This document shows, piece by piece, positions 25,223 through 38,293 of a stretch of DNA of 64,000 bases (its first letter is position 1; each line of letters starts with the position of its first letter). Origin of the DNA: Botryllus schlosseri. Lineage: Eukaryota. The notes beneath the pieces were generated by a model. It saw nothing but the letters and a program-made list of their open reading frames with translations, ran no database searches and was not told the origin of the DNA. The position numbers and the translations under genes are program-made. The stretch covers positions 40,054,001-40,118,000 of the forward strand of contig CM119372.1 of NCBI GenBank assembly GCA_051294905.1. The letters run 5' to 3'.

Positions 25223-28200
25223 GTCTATATAGATTACTAATTTACCCGTAGGTTAGTTATCTATAACAATCTAGAGTCTGTCAGCCGTCAGAAACATTGG
25301 ATGCAGCAACGAAGACATACGTGCCGCCGTGTCGGCTTGTGACTTCATTATGAATAGCCTACTTGTCAATTGTCGATAACATCATAGTTGCACTTTACGT
25401 ATTTTAGAACGCACTTTACTCCATGCCATTGCTGTGTACAACGCGGCGTTTTAACACTGGCACTGTACTCGTTAACATTAAGCTCAATTAAATCTTAAAA
25501 TAAGCGATTATTAGTCAACTGTAACTGAGCAATATGGGCGGACATCACGACCTTATCAATAGAGATTCGATTTGTACCAAATGGCCAATGGTTCGACGTT
25601 CGATATTGGTGCACTCGTTACCTGTCCATCCGGTGTCGACCAAGTTTATCCGAATAGGTAATTTTCCCGTTGAAACGAATCGAATAATCGAATTAAACAC
25701 TGTACCATGCACATTGCGCCATGCCCATAACGAATTAAACTATGCAGTATGCACATTCCGCATTTACAAGTCACAGTCCGCGATAATCCGGGAATACTAG
25801 AGTATCAAGCAGACATCAAGAATGAATTTACGAAACAGATGATTACAAATTGGAAATCGCGTATCATATCAGTTAATTTGTCTCCATCATAAAATACCAT
25901 GGGGTCCTGACATCGCATTGAGTAGCTCACACCGCGAAAATTGTTCATTGAGTGTAACGGCGTTTTGGGCTACTCTTCTGCCATCCCCTATTCATGCTCG
26001 AAAATCCTTACTGGAGTGAATGACGATCATGCGCAGTATTGAATTCCAATTCGCATGCTTAATTGCATATTCAATAACACTGTCCAATTTCGCGTCCGAT
26101 TTAAACAACTACCACGAAAGAACGAGTATTTGCTCATCCGATTCATATCGACGATGAGATGGAATTTCTTGGCTCGTGCTCGTCATATCGACTTGTGCAA
26201 CGAAATCATGTTTTTATCCTCTCTCCCATTTCGCGTAATACATAGTTATCATTATTTTCTAACCGTACAATTGGCCAACAAGGTTGTGCTGATGACGAAA
26301 TTGCGGGTATGCCGAATATTCACTATATCTACAGGGATAACTAGCATACCGAGGTTCGGAACTCATGTATGAAAATTGAACATTGAATATATGACTGCTA
26401 TGCTGTTAAATCCCCAGGAACATGGTTGGTCAGAAAAGGTAGCGCCAAAGGTAAAAAATTCTTAATTTCGCGAAGGCCTGCTGTTGCAGATATGGTTGTT
26501 GCATATAGAATAGCATCTTATGTATTACGTCGGAGCCGGAGCTACCCCTCAAATACCTAGCTCCAGCTCCGGCTCCGGCTGAATTTTAGGTAGAGCTCCG
26601 GCTCCGGCAAAAATTCACGGCTCCTGTGCTCCGGCTCCGGCTCCAAAGCCCTGCATGACACACATCTGATCGTTATACGTTCAAGTATGAGCGGGAATCA
26701 ATTACGTCTGTTTGCAGCGATTCGATGTTATTCAGTTTCGCGATGTTGCTTTTTAATCAATATGACATAAAACAATTACTAATTAGCGTAAACTCGACCG
26801 CATTGTCTCCAAACCAGCGAGAGATAGGAGCCAAAGCGTGCTAGGCCTGAGACGCGATAGTTAGGCCAGCAATGATATCTTCAACAACACGCCTATTGCA
26901 GATGCTATTGTGTACGCCAGCGATGATATCGTGCACACCAGGCTGAAGCCTCCAATGCAAATGCAGATGCCATTGCGCAGGCAAGCGGCGATATAGTGTT
27001 AACTGAGCCTATTGCAGACGCGATAAATCGGGCTCGCGACGATTGCCACCCGCACAGGAATGAATGACCTAATTTCGCGACCATCTCAGCGGGAGATTAC
27101 CACTGACTCTTCTCACTAATTGACAACGCGTTTCTCGCAAATCAGCCGCGCGTAACACTGATAACAAAATTATTGAATGGCAACTGAATACTAGAGTTAG
27201 AAATTAGAATGATCATTTCAAAATGACGGGGTTTCGCGTTTCAAATAGGGAAGTTCGACCCCCGAAACCCTGTGGCTACGCGCCTGGCACACTCGCGTAT
27301 CGAAATCGGAGACGTCTCTAACGAGGTCGCATCGATTCGCCTGATTACTGGTCACAAATCACTTCAGCGTCTGAGCATTTTGTACGAGGTGGTCGCCACC
27401 TCGTAAATATGGTCACGAGGTGGTAACCTCCTAAGTCGGCGCCTATGCCTACAGTATGAACTATTTCTAGTATGATTCTATTCTCTTTGATTTGCATAAC
27501 AAAGATCTATATGATGGGTTGGCTGCATCTCACTGTTATCTATGACACAATGGCTTGTAAGCAACAAGTTCAACTACACCTGCCAAGCACGACCGTGCCC
27601 GTACAATATGTGAATAGATCGCTTTGTTAAATTTAAAATAGTTTCCCATTTTATGAACGCCCTGGCGAGCCCGCCGGAAATTAGATTTTCATTGGGTCAC
27701 CTTTTTCAGGCTATTGATTTTGGTAAAGTCTCCAAGAGCGAGTTTTTCTGTAATGCATCGGTTATAGAACGGAACCTTTTGAGTATCTTATATCCTAATA
27801 ATACAACAAAAATTATAAATGCAACTTTCTCGCGATTTTAGTGCAACAAAAACTTGCCCTAATAATTATACATTATTACTTGAAGAGTTTTGCCAAAATA
27901 TTGTAGAATTAGGATTAAATCTTTGCACTTCTATTCAAATTAGACTAGAATCATAGCTACATTTTTTTTCAAATTTGAATATAATTAGCATTATTAAATC
28001 CACAAAAACTTTAAAATTTAATTGAGACCGGTTCATATCAAATCATTCTCAAACATGAGAATGGCCAATGTCTGTGCAGGAAGCTTGACTCGTTTCACAC
28101 GATACAGTTCACCAATATACAATTGAATAGTATATTCTATCAAAATGAACATGAATATTTTCGCCTGACACTCGTCAGGGGTCATCGTCAGCAACTAATA

Positions 28201-28309
28201 GACAATGGGAAAGAACATCGTATGTCAACATTGGGAGGGGCCGCTCACCGTTTCATCAGTGTTCCTTGGAGTCGACCTTAATCAAAATACATCTGCCCAA
28301 ATTCATGTA

Positions 28310-29607
28310 GGGGAGAGTGTGTAGGTATGGGCCACCAAATCTTGCCAAGCTATAACTTGGCCAAACTTGGTCCAATATTCCAACATTTTGGTACAGACAA
28401 TCATTAGTTATATGGCTAACTATTACTGATAGAATTGAGTTAAAATACCCATGTATTTGGAGGTGACATGAAATTTTGTAATAATACATCATTATTGTAA
28501 ATAAAAAATAGGGTGATGAGGTATGGGCCGCTGCCTGTATTAAATCAATAAATGCTATTCATTATCCTAAAAACCTCAACTCTTGTCACAGTAACCAACA
28601 ATTTGGATATACTGATATAATGCTGGTCTGGAAGTGAACAATTCATATATTTCAATTCCTGTATTGATCATAAGTCATAACGAAACCAGGTAACTGAAAA
28701 TATGAAACATGAAAATCACTATCAAATTATGCTTCCTTCGCCTTAACTACCCCATCAAATCCAAATGTCACACTCACAGCAATCTCTTGTTTAAGTGGGA
28801 GGGACAAACCATAATACATCTTTGAGCATATGATGACATACTGTGCTAACAAACTTTTCGCCTCTTCATTAAAGACAGTATTGGCAAACGATTTTGAAAT
28901 GTTTTTCGTGCGAGATTCATCCCGTTTTTTTTCCAGATACCTGTTTAATGTACCTCTATCAATTTTGTACTGACAGCATGCTTCTCTTTTTGATACCTCC
29001 CATGCTTTAACTTTTCGTATCATTTGCCAAGCTCAAATCTGATTCTGAAAACTGGCCTTTTTAGCGGGTTTCATGATCTACTTTTAAGCGATTGTATGTG
29101 GGAAGGATAAGACCAACGCTTTCTGTATTATAGTGGTAAATATATATAATAGGATCAATCAAATATTGACCTCAGGTATATGCTACGCTGTCCCATAACC
29201 CAGCCTATTGTGGTATGGGCCGGCCCATACCCCAACCTGATGAAAGGTCCGCACCTCAAACACTCCATCTTGGTGATTCTTCCCATAATTTCAAGATCCG
29301 AGTGATAGACAGCGCGTTATAACTATTCTCAGTAGATAGCATATTTCTATAGCTTTCACACCCTAACTAAGTCTTATCCAAACATGCACATGCATAGACT
29401 CAAACCCAAATTCCCTATTTTCAAAAAAATTTACTATAGGCTGCAAAAATTATATATCTCTAGCTGAGTCAAAAACTCTGCTGGCTTCATGGCTGTGAGT
29501 AACATCGGTGAGTCTGGAGCCTTTTCTTACAATCACAGAGCTTGACGAGCATATATGATGTCACAGACGCCTGATATGGCAGTGGCCCATACCTACACAC
29601 TCTCCCC
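28310..29607 (-). mobile_element. Internally deleted pogo/Tigger-like DNA transposon
   Basis: 26-bp TIR GGGGAGAGTGTGTAGGTATGGGCCAC with TA on both sides; ORF 28727-29023 (SKREACCQYKIDRGTLNRYL...VFNEEAKSLLAQYVIICSKMYYGLS) looks like a pipsqueak HTH followed by the start of a CENP-B HTH. Confidence 0.8.
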
Positions 29608-29682
29608 TACCATCTTATTTCAGATCTCATTTCATGACACGATTGTTGATATACAATGTTCTTTCCAATTTTCCACTAGTTG

Positions 29683-29730
29683 CTGACGATTACCCCTGAC
29701 GAGTGTCAGCCGAAAATATTCGGGTTCATT
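29683..29730 (+). ncRNA. Candidate minimal type I hammerhead ribozyme (Penelope pLTR-like repeat)
   Basis: ACCC-CTGACGA-GTGTCAGCC-GAAA-ATAT-TC-GGGT: intact core, palindromic stem III, UUC cleavage triplet, stem I ACCC/GGGT; stem II is weak. Confidence 0.6.
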
Positions 29731-30408
29731 TCAATATGAATAGACTATTCAATTGCATGTTGAAGTTCTGTACCTCCAAGAATCTCCTTAGATACAGTTC
29801 TCCTGTAGCATTTTCTGGGCAGCCATAAATGATATTTTATTTGAAATGAGAGCATATAACAAATGAGATTAGAATGAACTTGAGAAACCAATAAAATTAA
29901 TCAGCCCCCTGATTCTGAGTTCGAAAAGTACAAATTAGTATTTAAATTGTCTAGATGTGGATATTCGTATTGCAATTATGTCGGGATTAGATTGTAAAAT
30001 CAAAATCTGGATATGATTTTGTTTATTATTGTTTCATAATGTTCCAGACTCAGACTACTAATGCGAGCGAAATGCCGGTTTCTATATGATCTTATCTTGA
30101 TTCTGGTCCAAATTCTTGGTTTTCCTGAAAATGCTACAGGAGAACTGTGTCGTGCGAATCAGGCCAAGATCGGTGTACTGACATTTGCCATTCTCGTGCG
30201 ATTTGATATCAAGTGAACTTGAGTTTTGTCGCAGCCCCTGCTAATTCGGAATTGAAATCAGTAATTGCGGACTCAGTATTTTTAATCTGATTTGGAAAAA
30301 AACGCCAAAGCCTAGTTGTGGACGAGAAATCGCCAGTTATAAAACTGGGGAGTGCGTATGCGTAGGCACCCTCACGCGCACCATCATCAATCCTTGTCTG
30401 TTTTGCAG

Positions 30409-30635
30409 GTTTCTCGATATTCGCGGCCGGACTGATCACGGGCTTCACTAACTTGGCATGTGGCGTCTGTGTTGGTATAGTTGGCAGTGGAGCGGCGCTA
30501 GCAGATGCGGCCAATGAGTCCTTGTTTGTGAAAGTTCTCATCGTTGAGATCTTCGGGAGCGCCATTGGCTTGTTTGGGGTCATTATCGGGGTGATCGCCA
30601 GCTCCAGGGCCAAAATGGGGAAGACTTCTGCTTGA
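30409..30635 (+). CDS. ATP6V0B: V-ATPase subunit c'', coding exon 5 (protein 208 aa in total)
   Basis: [58 protein letters not shown]...*; strong TTTTGCAG acceptor. Confidence 0.97.
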
Positions 30636-31666
30636 TTTGTGTTGTGCAATGTTTATATATCTTCACTTGTTGTCCGCAAAGATGTCGTGTGCGAATTATA
30701 TATTTTATTTCTCTGTGTTCAACCCGGTTTCTGCCTGCGATTTTCCGGATCCGCGGCCAGAGAGATCTGAAACCGTAACAAGCTGATCGTATTCGAAATA
30801 TCTAGATTTCGTGTGATTTTATGCATCAAAGGCTAATTTTCTGAACTGACACTAAGCACCAAGCAGGCGTTGCAACCCACGATCACGCGTGTCGTCACAG
30901 AGGATGTCGTCGCTGGAGAATCAAAGTAGCTATGTCCATTTCACACCGTTCAAGAAAATCGACTTTATGTGAAGTTTTTATTTCCTTTCGAGCATATTGG
31001 CCATGGTTAACGTTGAAACAGCGGGACAGAAATAAGTGGCCAAGATATGGCCAGAAAATTGAAAAAAAAAGATTTTCTATGAATTTTATAAATGGGTACC
31101 TATATTTTCAGAAGTATCTAGTGATATCGAAAGACGGCCTCGGATTTATGTTTAGTTTTATTCACACGCATACAGTGACGCTTGTCGTGTATCAAGGATT
31201 TGTGCGCCACGACGGTCACAGAAAATGTCCATTGTCTTTTGCTTTTTGTATTCTTTTGGACGACTTTCACGCCCGAGGCCATTCACCAGCGTCTCTCTTT
31301 GTTTTTTCATGCGTTCGCATCTTAGTCTGTACCTCCAATTTTTTGACTCGTCTCACCTTCACTCTGGGCTTTTCATACACTGCTATTGCAGTGAGGTTAG
31401 CGATGGTGCCCAGATAAGCCCCCGACACATATAAGTTAGACAAATCAGGGTTCGAACTCACTTCCATTGGTGTCGCGACGATCATAGCGACGTAACTAGC
31501 CGCGACACTCGATTCCCCTTAGGTTTCATAATATAGGCTACCCATTTTCTCACTCCTAAAATTCATTGAAAGGCCAGTTTCTGGGTCTATTTTTCAAGTA
31601 TCCGTCGTGATACTCGAGACTTGAACCAATTCACATAAAATATCCCGAGTCATACCACTTGGTTAA

Positions 31667-32034
31667 CAGAGGTAGTCAGTAACGAAGTACTTATACTTTC
31701 ATGAAGTACTCAGGTAGTTTTCCTCTACTTCCAGTACTAACTCAAGTAGATCAAATTATTGCTACTTCTATTTCATAATATTTTGTGATCAACTTACTTC
31801 TCGCTATTTTCAGTTTGTCAAGTAGAAGTATGAATCAATTTGCAGCTTTTGACAATCAATGCGAATGAATTACGACCGTTTTCACATCTACTTGAGTAGA
31901 TTTAAAGTCAGTCAATTCTACTTCAAGTAGTTTTAGATTCCTTATGGAAAAAGTACTTCTACTCGTACTTGAGTACATTTTTTCCGTCGCTACTTCTACT
32001 TGAGTAGCTTTCTTGACTACTTTGACCACCGCTG
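31667..32034. mobile_element. hAT-type MITE (AGTAGAAGTA-rich)
   Basis: TIR CAGAGGTAGTCA/TGACCACCGCTG; TSD TTGGTTAA/TTGGTCAA; partial relative at about 4975-5147. Confidence 0.75.
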
Positions 32035-33226
32035 TTGGTCAATAAGTCGTAGCCTACACATCGACTAGAGTAGGCCAGCAAGTCGAGTCAATACACAAAG
32101 TAACTGAAGTCAAGTTCTTTTCCAATTTTAAGAACATGACTTGAGTCAAAAGAAAAACTGAAGAGTAGAATCAGTACAGCACTGTCCACGGCAGTTGTTG
32201 AGATCGGCAAAACGAGCTGATGGACGAGAATCGTCATATTTGATCTCGGATCATTGATGCAATTAATTTTATTTGATTTCATGAATTGTGACTTCATGGC
32301 TTCTCGAAAGTCCATTTGCGCTATATTTATCTGTTGAGCAATGGTACGCCATATTTGAAATCACGTAGACATTTAAGTTAGTGGTTTTTATAGCCCGGTG
32401 TTCCGACGAACCCCACGCGTTCCATGCGTCAGTCTCGGGAATCTCGTATCACATTACATTGCAGCCGACCTAGGCTTGTATTGTTAGAGATAGCAGATCC
32501 CTAAAGTACCAAAATAGGTTGTACTAATCAAATGTCCGATGTGGAATCTATTATGTATTGATCCAATTTGCGATCATTTAGTTCGGCGCAGTGTAAATTT
32601 CAGTCTTTGCGCGTCTCGGGCCTCTGACGCATCTGCTAATTGTCCTGTTTTTACGCGCTTGGCTACATGGCCATTATTGGCCAATGGCCATTATTGGCCA
32701 ATGGCCATTGGTCAGTAGGCAGTAGTAGAAACATCGGAGGCTAGGAAAATTAGGCTACTCCGTGACTCGAGGCGCGTCATAGTGCTATCAATGTTCGATG
32801 TAACGATGAGAAGTTAAGTCTTGGCTTGGACGGCAAACGCATTTGGGAATGCTTTTTGGTTGCAGCCTGAGCCTGCGCCGGGCCGCTGTTATTTACGAGA
32901 TACAATCGCATAAGCTCGAGCGTTAATTGGTCTTTACTAGCTCCACTCACTGGCGTAGCCAGAGAGGGGCGAAAGGGGCAATCGCCCCTCCCAAATTTTT
33001 TGAACATTTTCGTAAAATCAGTAGGGATTACAGTATTTTGGGGCAGATGAATGTAACCTTAAAATTTTGTTCGCGCAATTTAGTGTCCACTGTCCATATA
33101 CAGATGTATTGATTTTATTATCGGTATCCCGAAAAATAAATTCTACCGCAAATACCCATAGTTGAATTTAGCTGCATTCTCAATTATGAGAATACAACAG
33201 GACCAGTATAGATACACTATCTATAG

Positions 33227-33662
33227 CAGGGGTCGCCAACTCAAAACGGGTCGCGGGCCACTTTTAGAATTTCGTAGCGGTCGCGGGCCGCATGAATTCA
33301 ATATCGATATAAAGTAGGCATAACCACGTTTTAAAACTCTGTGTCAGTACAACAATGTGCTACCTATGACATAGGCGATGGGCATAGTGATCACAAAAGA
33401 AGTAACATTTTACTAAAGGAATAAAAATAGAACAGAATATCACCGTCATCAATTTCATTTGATTTTGAACTCTGAGCTGTGCACGATACCCTGAAACGCT
33501 TAATTTATGGGGCTAGCGAGATAGGTACGTTACTAGATGAAAGACCATTTCCACATAAAGCTTGATCTTGTGAAGAAGCCCTAAGCCAGTGGTTCTCAAA
33601 CCTTTTTAGACATGTCCTGCTTTATGATACTGAAAATTGGGGCCACGTGTTGGTGACCCCTG
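33227..33662. mobile_element. Charlie-like hAT MITE
   Basis: TIR CAGGGGTCGCCAAC/GTTGGTGACCCCTG; exact TSD ATCTATAG. Confidence 0.85.
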
Positions 33663-35565
33663 ATCTATAGAGTAGCCCGAGGACGTTGAGTTTATTGAGT
33701 CTAGGGTAGGGTTGCCATACGTCCGAAATTTCACTGTTCAAACTAGCGTCCGGTAGGAAATTCTAAAATATGCCAAATGTCCGGAATTTTGAAGATTGAC
33801 GTGGGCTCATAATTTCTTTGTAAATCAAAAAATAAAAACAATATTTTTTGGGAATATTTATGTTGATGTATGGTATTTTTCTTCGCGATGCGCGCGATTT
33901 ACCATCACATTTATTCATTTTAATATGGAGACTACCACCCCCGCAAAAACTGCGATGAAATATAAATAAAAACAACCTTCATTTACTGGAATAAGCCTAA
34001 TTGTAATCGCAATTATAGGAGAACGGCAGTGGCGGCTCGTCCTATATGGCAACTGGGGCATTGCCCCACCTAAAATTATGTTCAATAACAATTTAACCAT
34101 TTATAGACGCACAGCGCTCAATATATATCGAGATCACAGCGAAACCCGCGTTCTTCTTGTGCTTTCGCTTGCAAATGCCCATACATAGCGAAGTCTCCGC
34201 GAAAATCGAATTCTCTTCTGTGTTTTCGCTTTGTGAATGCCTAGCCGGGGCTTGCCCCGGTAGCGCTCATAACAAGCTTTCACTATCTATTCTCTCAAAG
34301 CTGCGCACAATTAAGAAACGTTGCTTTACTCTCTCCTATTCGTAAAATGGCCGAGCAACCGGGGCAAATATGCTTGCTCGCCCCTAAGGTGTGATGTAAC
34401 AATCGTATCTATATCTGAACTCGGATACCGTGATATGCGTTGAGTCGACCGTTGCTGGTACAGGTCGATTTTGATGGTGTTTCACACCATGATAATTCTT
34501 GAAACTTGGTATGTCATGTCGTGATGGTGGTATTTAACACTGTCCTAAGTTTCAGGGTTTCTACTCAAAGTTTAGGGTAGTAATTCCGTTTCCAAAGTCG
34601 AGTGTGTGCTGATCGGTCATGTATCGCAAACATATTTCACGCAAAGCCGGTATTGGTCTCCATTGATTTTAACGATGCTCCTTAGCTAGATCCGTCATGA
34701 ACTTTTACATGGTATGTCTTGATTTTAGTATCGAACGCTGTGCCAAGTCTCAAGGTTGACACTCAATGATTAGGGCAGCAATTTCGTTATTAAGTTCGAG
34801 TATGGTAGAGATGTGCGCTGATCTGACACTTAGCCTACCTAACGCATTGCGGATTTCACGCAAAAGCCGGTGTATCTGTGTTCCATACTGAGATAGGTGA
34901 TGAGATGATGATATCATGAAACAGTTTACTAACATCCTCGGTTTGCATTCAAATATTTAGTTTTATTTTATATTCTCCAATGTCAATTTCACCGTGGAAT
35001 GGTGGCCTTCGGGCCATTTGCTCACAATTACAACCCCTGTCAAGCGCGATAGCTGTTTCGTTTTCGATGGCGGCTAACAGCTGATCGCTTGATCAGCCGA
35101 TTCCTCAGTAAATATTACGCAAAATTCGGCGTTGATCTGTTCGTATTAATTTTGACAGTGTACCATACCGAAAACGGTCATGAGGCTATACTTCTCGATG
35201 ATTTCATGTAACAGTGTACCAAGTTTTCGGCTTTCATCCACGTATTTATTCGGTAATATATTTCCGAAGGCGATTTTGCAGCAGACATATAGACACTATA
35301 GACCGTAAGCCGTATGTGTCGTGTGACAGTCTCCAGCCTCAAGGCCAGAATCTCCCAAGCTGTACCGGGACCGAATTTCCGAGGCTGCTATCCGTAGTTC
35401 TTCAGAATGATGTTTTGGATTCAATATGACATTTCCTTGTCCAATCTATGAGATAACAATTGCGTATGTGTCCGAACTCGTTGACCTTTCCAGTTAGGCA
35501 TACGCAATCTCTCGATTTATAGTCATTTCCATTTCTGCAGATAAGTAGTCAGGTCAAGTGCGAAC

Positions 35566-37645
35566 ATGAATCGTGTTGAATCTTTGCTCCGTACGCCGTT
35601 TAGCCAGCTGCCTTTAGAGCAAAAATTAGAGGTAAAGCGACTAGGTCCGTATCAGCCTAGAAATTGCCCATTGATCCAATCGTACGCCGGAGGAAAGCGC
35701 ACTCGTGCCTTTTCTTCAGCGCATTTCGATAAAAATGAATGGCTTACTTATGGCGAGGATAAAAACGCCTTGTTTTGCTTTTACTGTCTTTTATTCGACA
35801 GTGCCGGTACCGGAAGCAGTGGCTCTTGTTGGAACAAAATTGGTTATCGCGATCTGAAGCATTTGTCAGAGCGTCTGAAAACGCACCAAAAATCCCAAGT
35901 GCACATGGCTAGTGCAGTTAAATATAAATTGTTTGGCAGAGTAAATGTAATGTCGCAGCTCAATGAAAGTTATCGCGTATCAGTCTGCAAGCACAATGAG
36001 CTTGCATGTTCTCTCTCGGGTGATTGATGCCATTAAATTTATTGGAGTTCATGAATTGCCCCTTCGAGGCCACGATGAGAAGGAATGCTCTCTCAATAGG
36101 GGGGTATTTTTGGATCTAATTAAATACACGGCTTCCATTGATAGCATTTTGCGCGAACATCTCGACACCGCGACAGTAGCTAAGGGTACCTCAAAGACTA
36201 TTCAAAATGATGTGCTTGATTCGATATATCACATCTATCTACAGCATTTGTTTACCGAGATTGTTGACGCTGAATTTCTATCTATTCAGTCTGACGAAAC
36301 AACTGACATTACGTGTTTGTCACAACTAGTCGTGATTTTTCGGTTCACGAAATTTGGTATGCCAGTCGAACGATTCCACAGCTTTGTGGCTGTTGACGAT
36401 CGCACTGCTGTCGGAATTTCTTACGTATTAAAAAAAAACATTACAGCCCTATTCAGTTGAGTCGAAACTTATTGCGCAAACCTACGACGGCGCAGCAGTC
36501 ATGAGCGGATCGCGACATAGCGTACAAGTTTTAATGAAAGAAGTTTACTCGCATGCGCATTTTTTGCATTGCTACGCGCATCAGCTCAATCTTGTAGTGG
36601 AAAAATGTGCTTAGGAATATCTTCTGTCAAGATATTCTTTGCAAATCTTTCAGGGTTCTCCTCCTTTTTCTCTATTTCGCCAAAGCGATCTGATCTATTG
36701 CGCGACATATGCAAGCACCGGTTACCTAGATGCGTATCAACACGGTGGAACTTCCAATCCAGAGTTGTGCAACGAGTGTCAGAGAGTAGGGTGGAGCTTC
36801 TGGAATGCTTCTCAGTGATTGAGAGCTCTCCTGTCTGGGATGATACTTCCATACGTGAAGCGGCGGGGCTTAAACGACTCCTGGAAGACGAAGAATTTTT
36901 GTTCTTTTTGAAGCTTTTTTGTGACATCTTCATGCACGTCGATACACTGTACAGCACTTTTCAGTCGCGTATGGCCGATGGTACTACTGCGCAATTGTGT
37001 ATTGCACATTTTTGTGAGGCAATTTCGCATATCCGGGCGAATGTACACTTCGCTGGTGACACAGCGCTTTTACGTCGTGGGATAAGTGTGCAAAACCTGC
37101 TTGTTGCGGCTTACGAATGTTGCGATATACTGATGTCCCAAATCCAACATCGTCTGAATAGTGACCAGTTGGTTACTTTCGCCCTGTTAAATCCGAGAAA
37201 TTTCCCTGCCTACAAAATTCATTATCCTTCTGGACTACTGCGCAGCGTGCCTCGTTATTACCCGATGATCGACATTGCTCGGTTGGAGAGCGAGTTGACT
37301 TGTTTGTATTCTAACACATCCTTTTCGGAAATTAAAACCACTAGTGAACTTTCAAAATTCCTTGTTGAAAATTCGCTTTCGATCAACTTTGCTACAGTAA
37401 CTAGCTTTCTGAATATCATTTTGACCACCCCGATTTCATCCGCGGAATCCGAGCGCAGTTTCAGCACATTGAAACGTCTCAAGACCTTTCTCAGAAACAG
37501 GATGGGCCAAGATAGGCTTAATGCGTTGGCTGTTCTCTCGATTCACAACGACGTGGTTCTGGGAATTCCAGATTTCAATAAACTCGTTATTGAACATTTT
37601 GCTAATAAGAAATCACGTCGCGCACAATACTTATACAAGACATAA
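35566..37645 (+). pseudogene. ZMYM1-like hAT transposase, three frameshifts
   Basis: TTF-type finger (WLTY...FCFYCLLF), LPLRGHDE...NRGVF, SIQSDETTDI, QTYDGAAVMSG, HCYAHQLNL, TRWN, and dimerisation motif SAESERSFSTLKRLKTFLRNRMGQDRLNALA; shifts near 36005, 36435 and 36603. Confidence 0.9.
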
Positions 37646-37675
37646 ATTAATGCTGGTGGGCGGACGACTGTACAG

Positions 37676-38293
37676 TAGGGCTGTTCAAAAATAACTTTTT
37701 CTTCCCGATTCAAGCCGTTCACCTCTTAAATCGTCAGGTTGAAGTAGAAAACCTTGCTCACCAAATTTCACTCGATTCCAATCAGTAAAGGCATCCGCAG
37801 ATCCAATTAAAATTTTTAATTTATTATGGAAAATAAAAATAAAAAATTTTCCAAATTTTTCTGCCAACCCCATGAAATTGTTGAGCTATCTTCAAAGACG
37901 TTGCAAAACAAATTTGAGTCAATTCCGACCAGTAGAAGCGGAGTTATGTGAGTTTTTCGATGATAATCCTCGGATTATCCTTGATTGGTGGATAATCCGC
38001 AATTTATCAACGAAAAACTCACATAACTCCGCTTCTACTGGTCGGAATTGACTCAAATTTGTTTTGCAACGTCTTTGAAGACGGCTCAACAATTTCATGG
38101 GGTTGGCAGAAAAATTTGGAATTTTTTTTTTTTAATTTTCCATAATAAATTAAAAATTTTAATTGGATCTGCGAATGCTTTTACTGATTGGAATCGAGTG
38201 AAATTCGGTGAGCAAGGTTTTCTACTGCAACCTGACGATTTAAGAGGTGAACGGCTTGAGTCGGGAAGAAAAAGTTATTTTTGAACAGCCCTA
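37676..38293. mobile_element. Near-perfect palindromic hAT MITE (618 bp)
   Basis: Same termini as 22181-22800; exact TSD CTGTACAG. Confidence 0.9.

Larger units (their letters stand above)
22049..27447. mobile_element. 5.4-kb composite non-autonomous hAT element in ATP6V0B intron 4
   Basis: TIR CATAGGCGCC...GGCGCCTATG; exact TSD CCTACAGT; holds nested elements at 22181-22800, about 24387-26653 and 24535-25222. Confidence 0.8.

Noticed and set aside
26291..26305. CTGATGACGAAA as another hammerhead
   Set aside because: No room for stem II and no stem I pairing.
30209..30649. 146-aa antisense ORF
   Set aside because: Shadow of ATP6V0B exon 5.
30932..31485. ORFs of 161, 69 and 72 aa downstream of ATP6V0B
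   Set aside because: No family motifs or splice support; likely UTR or intergenic.
37685..38284. Two near-identical ORFs on opposite strands
   Set aside because: Artefact of the palindromic MITE.
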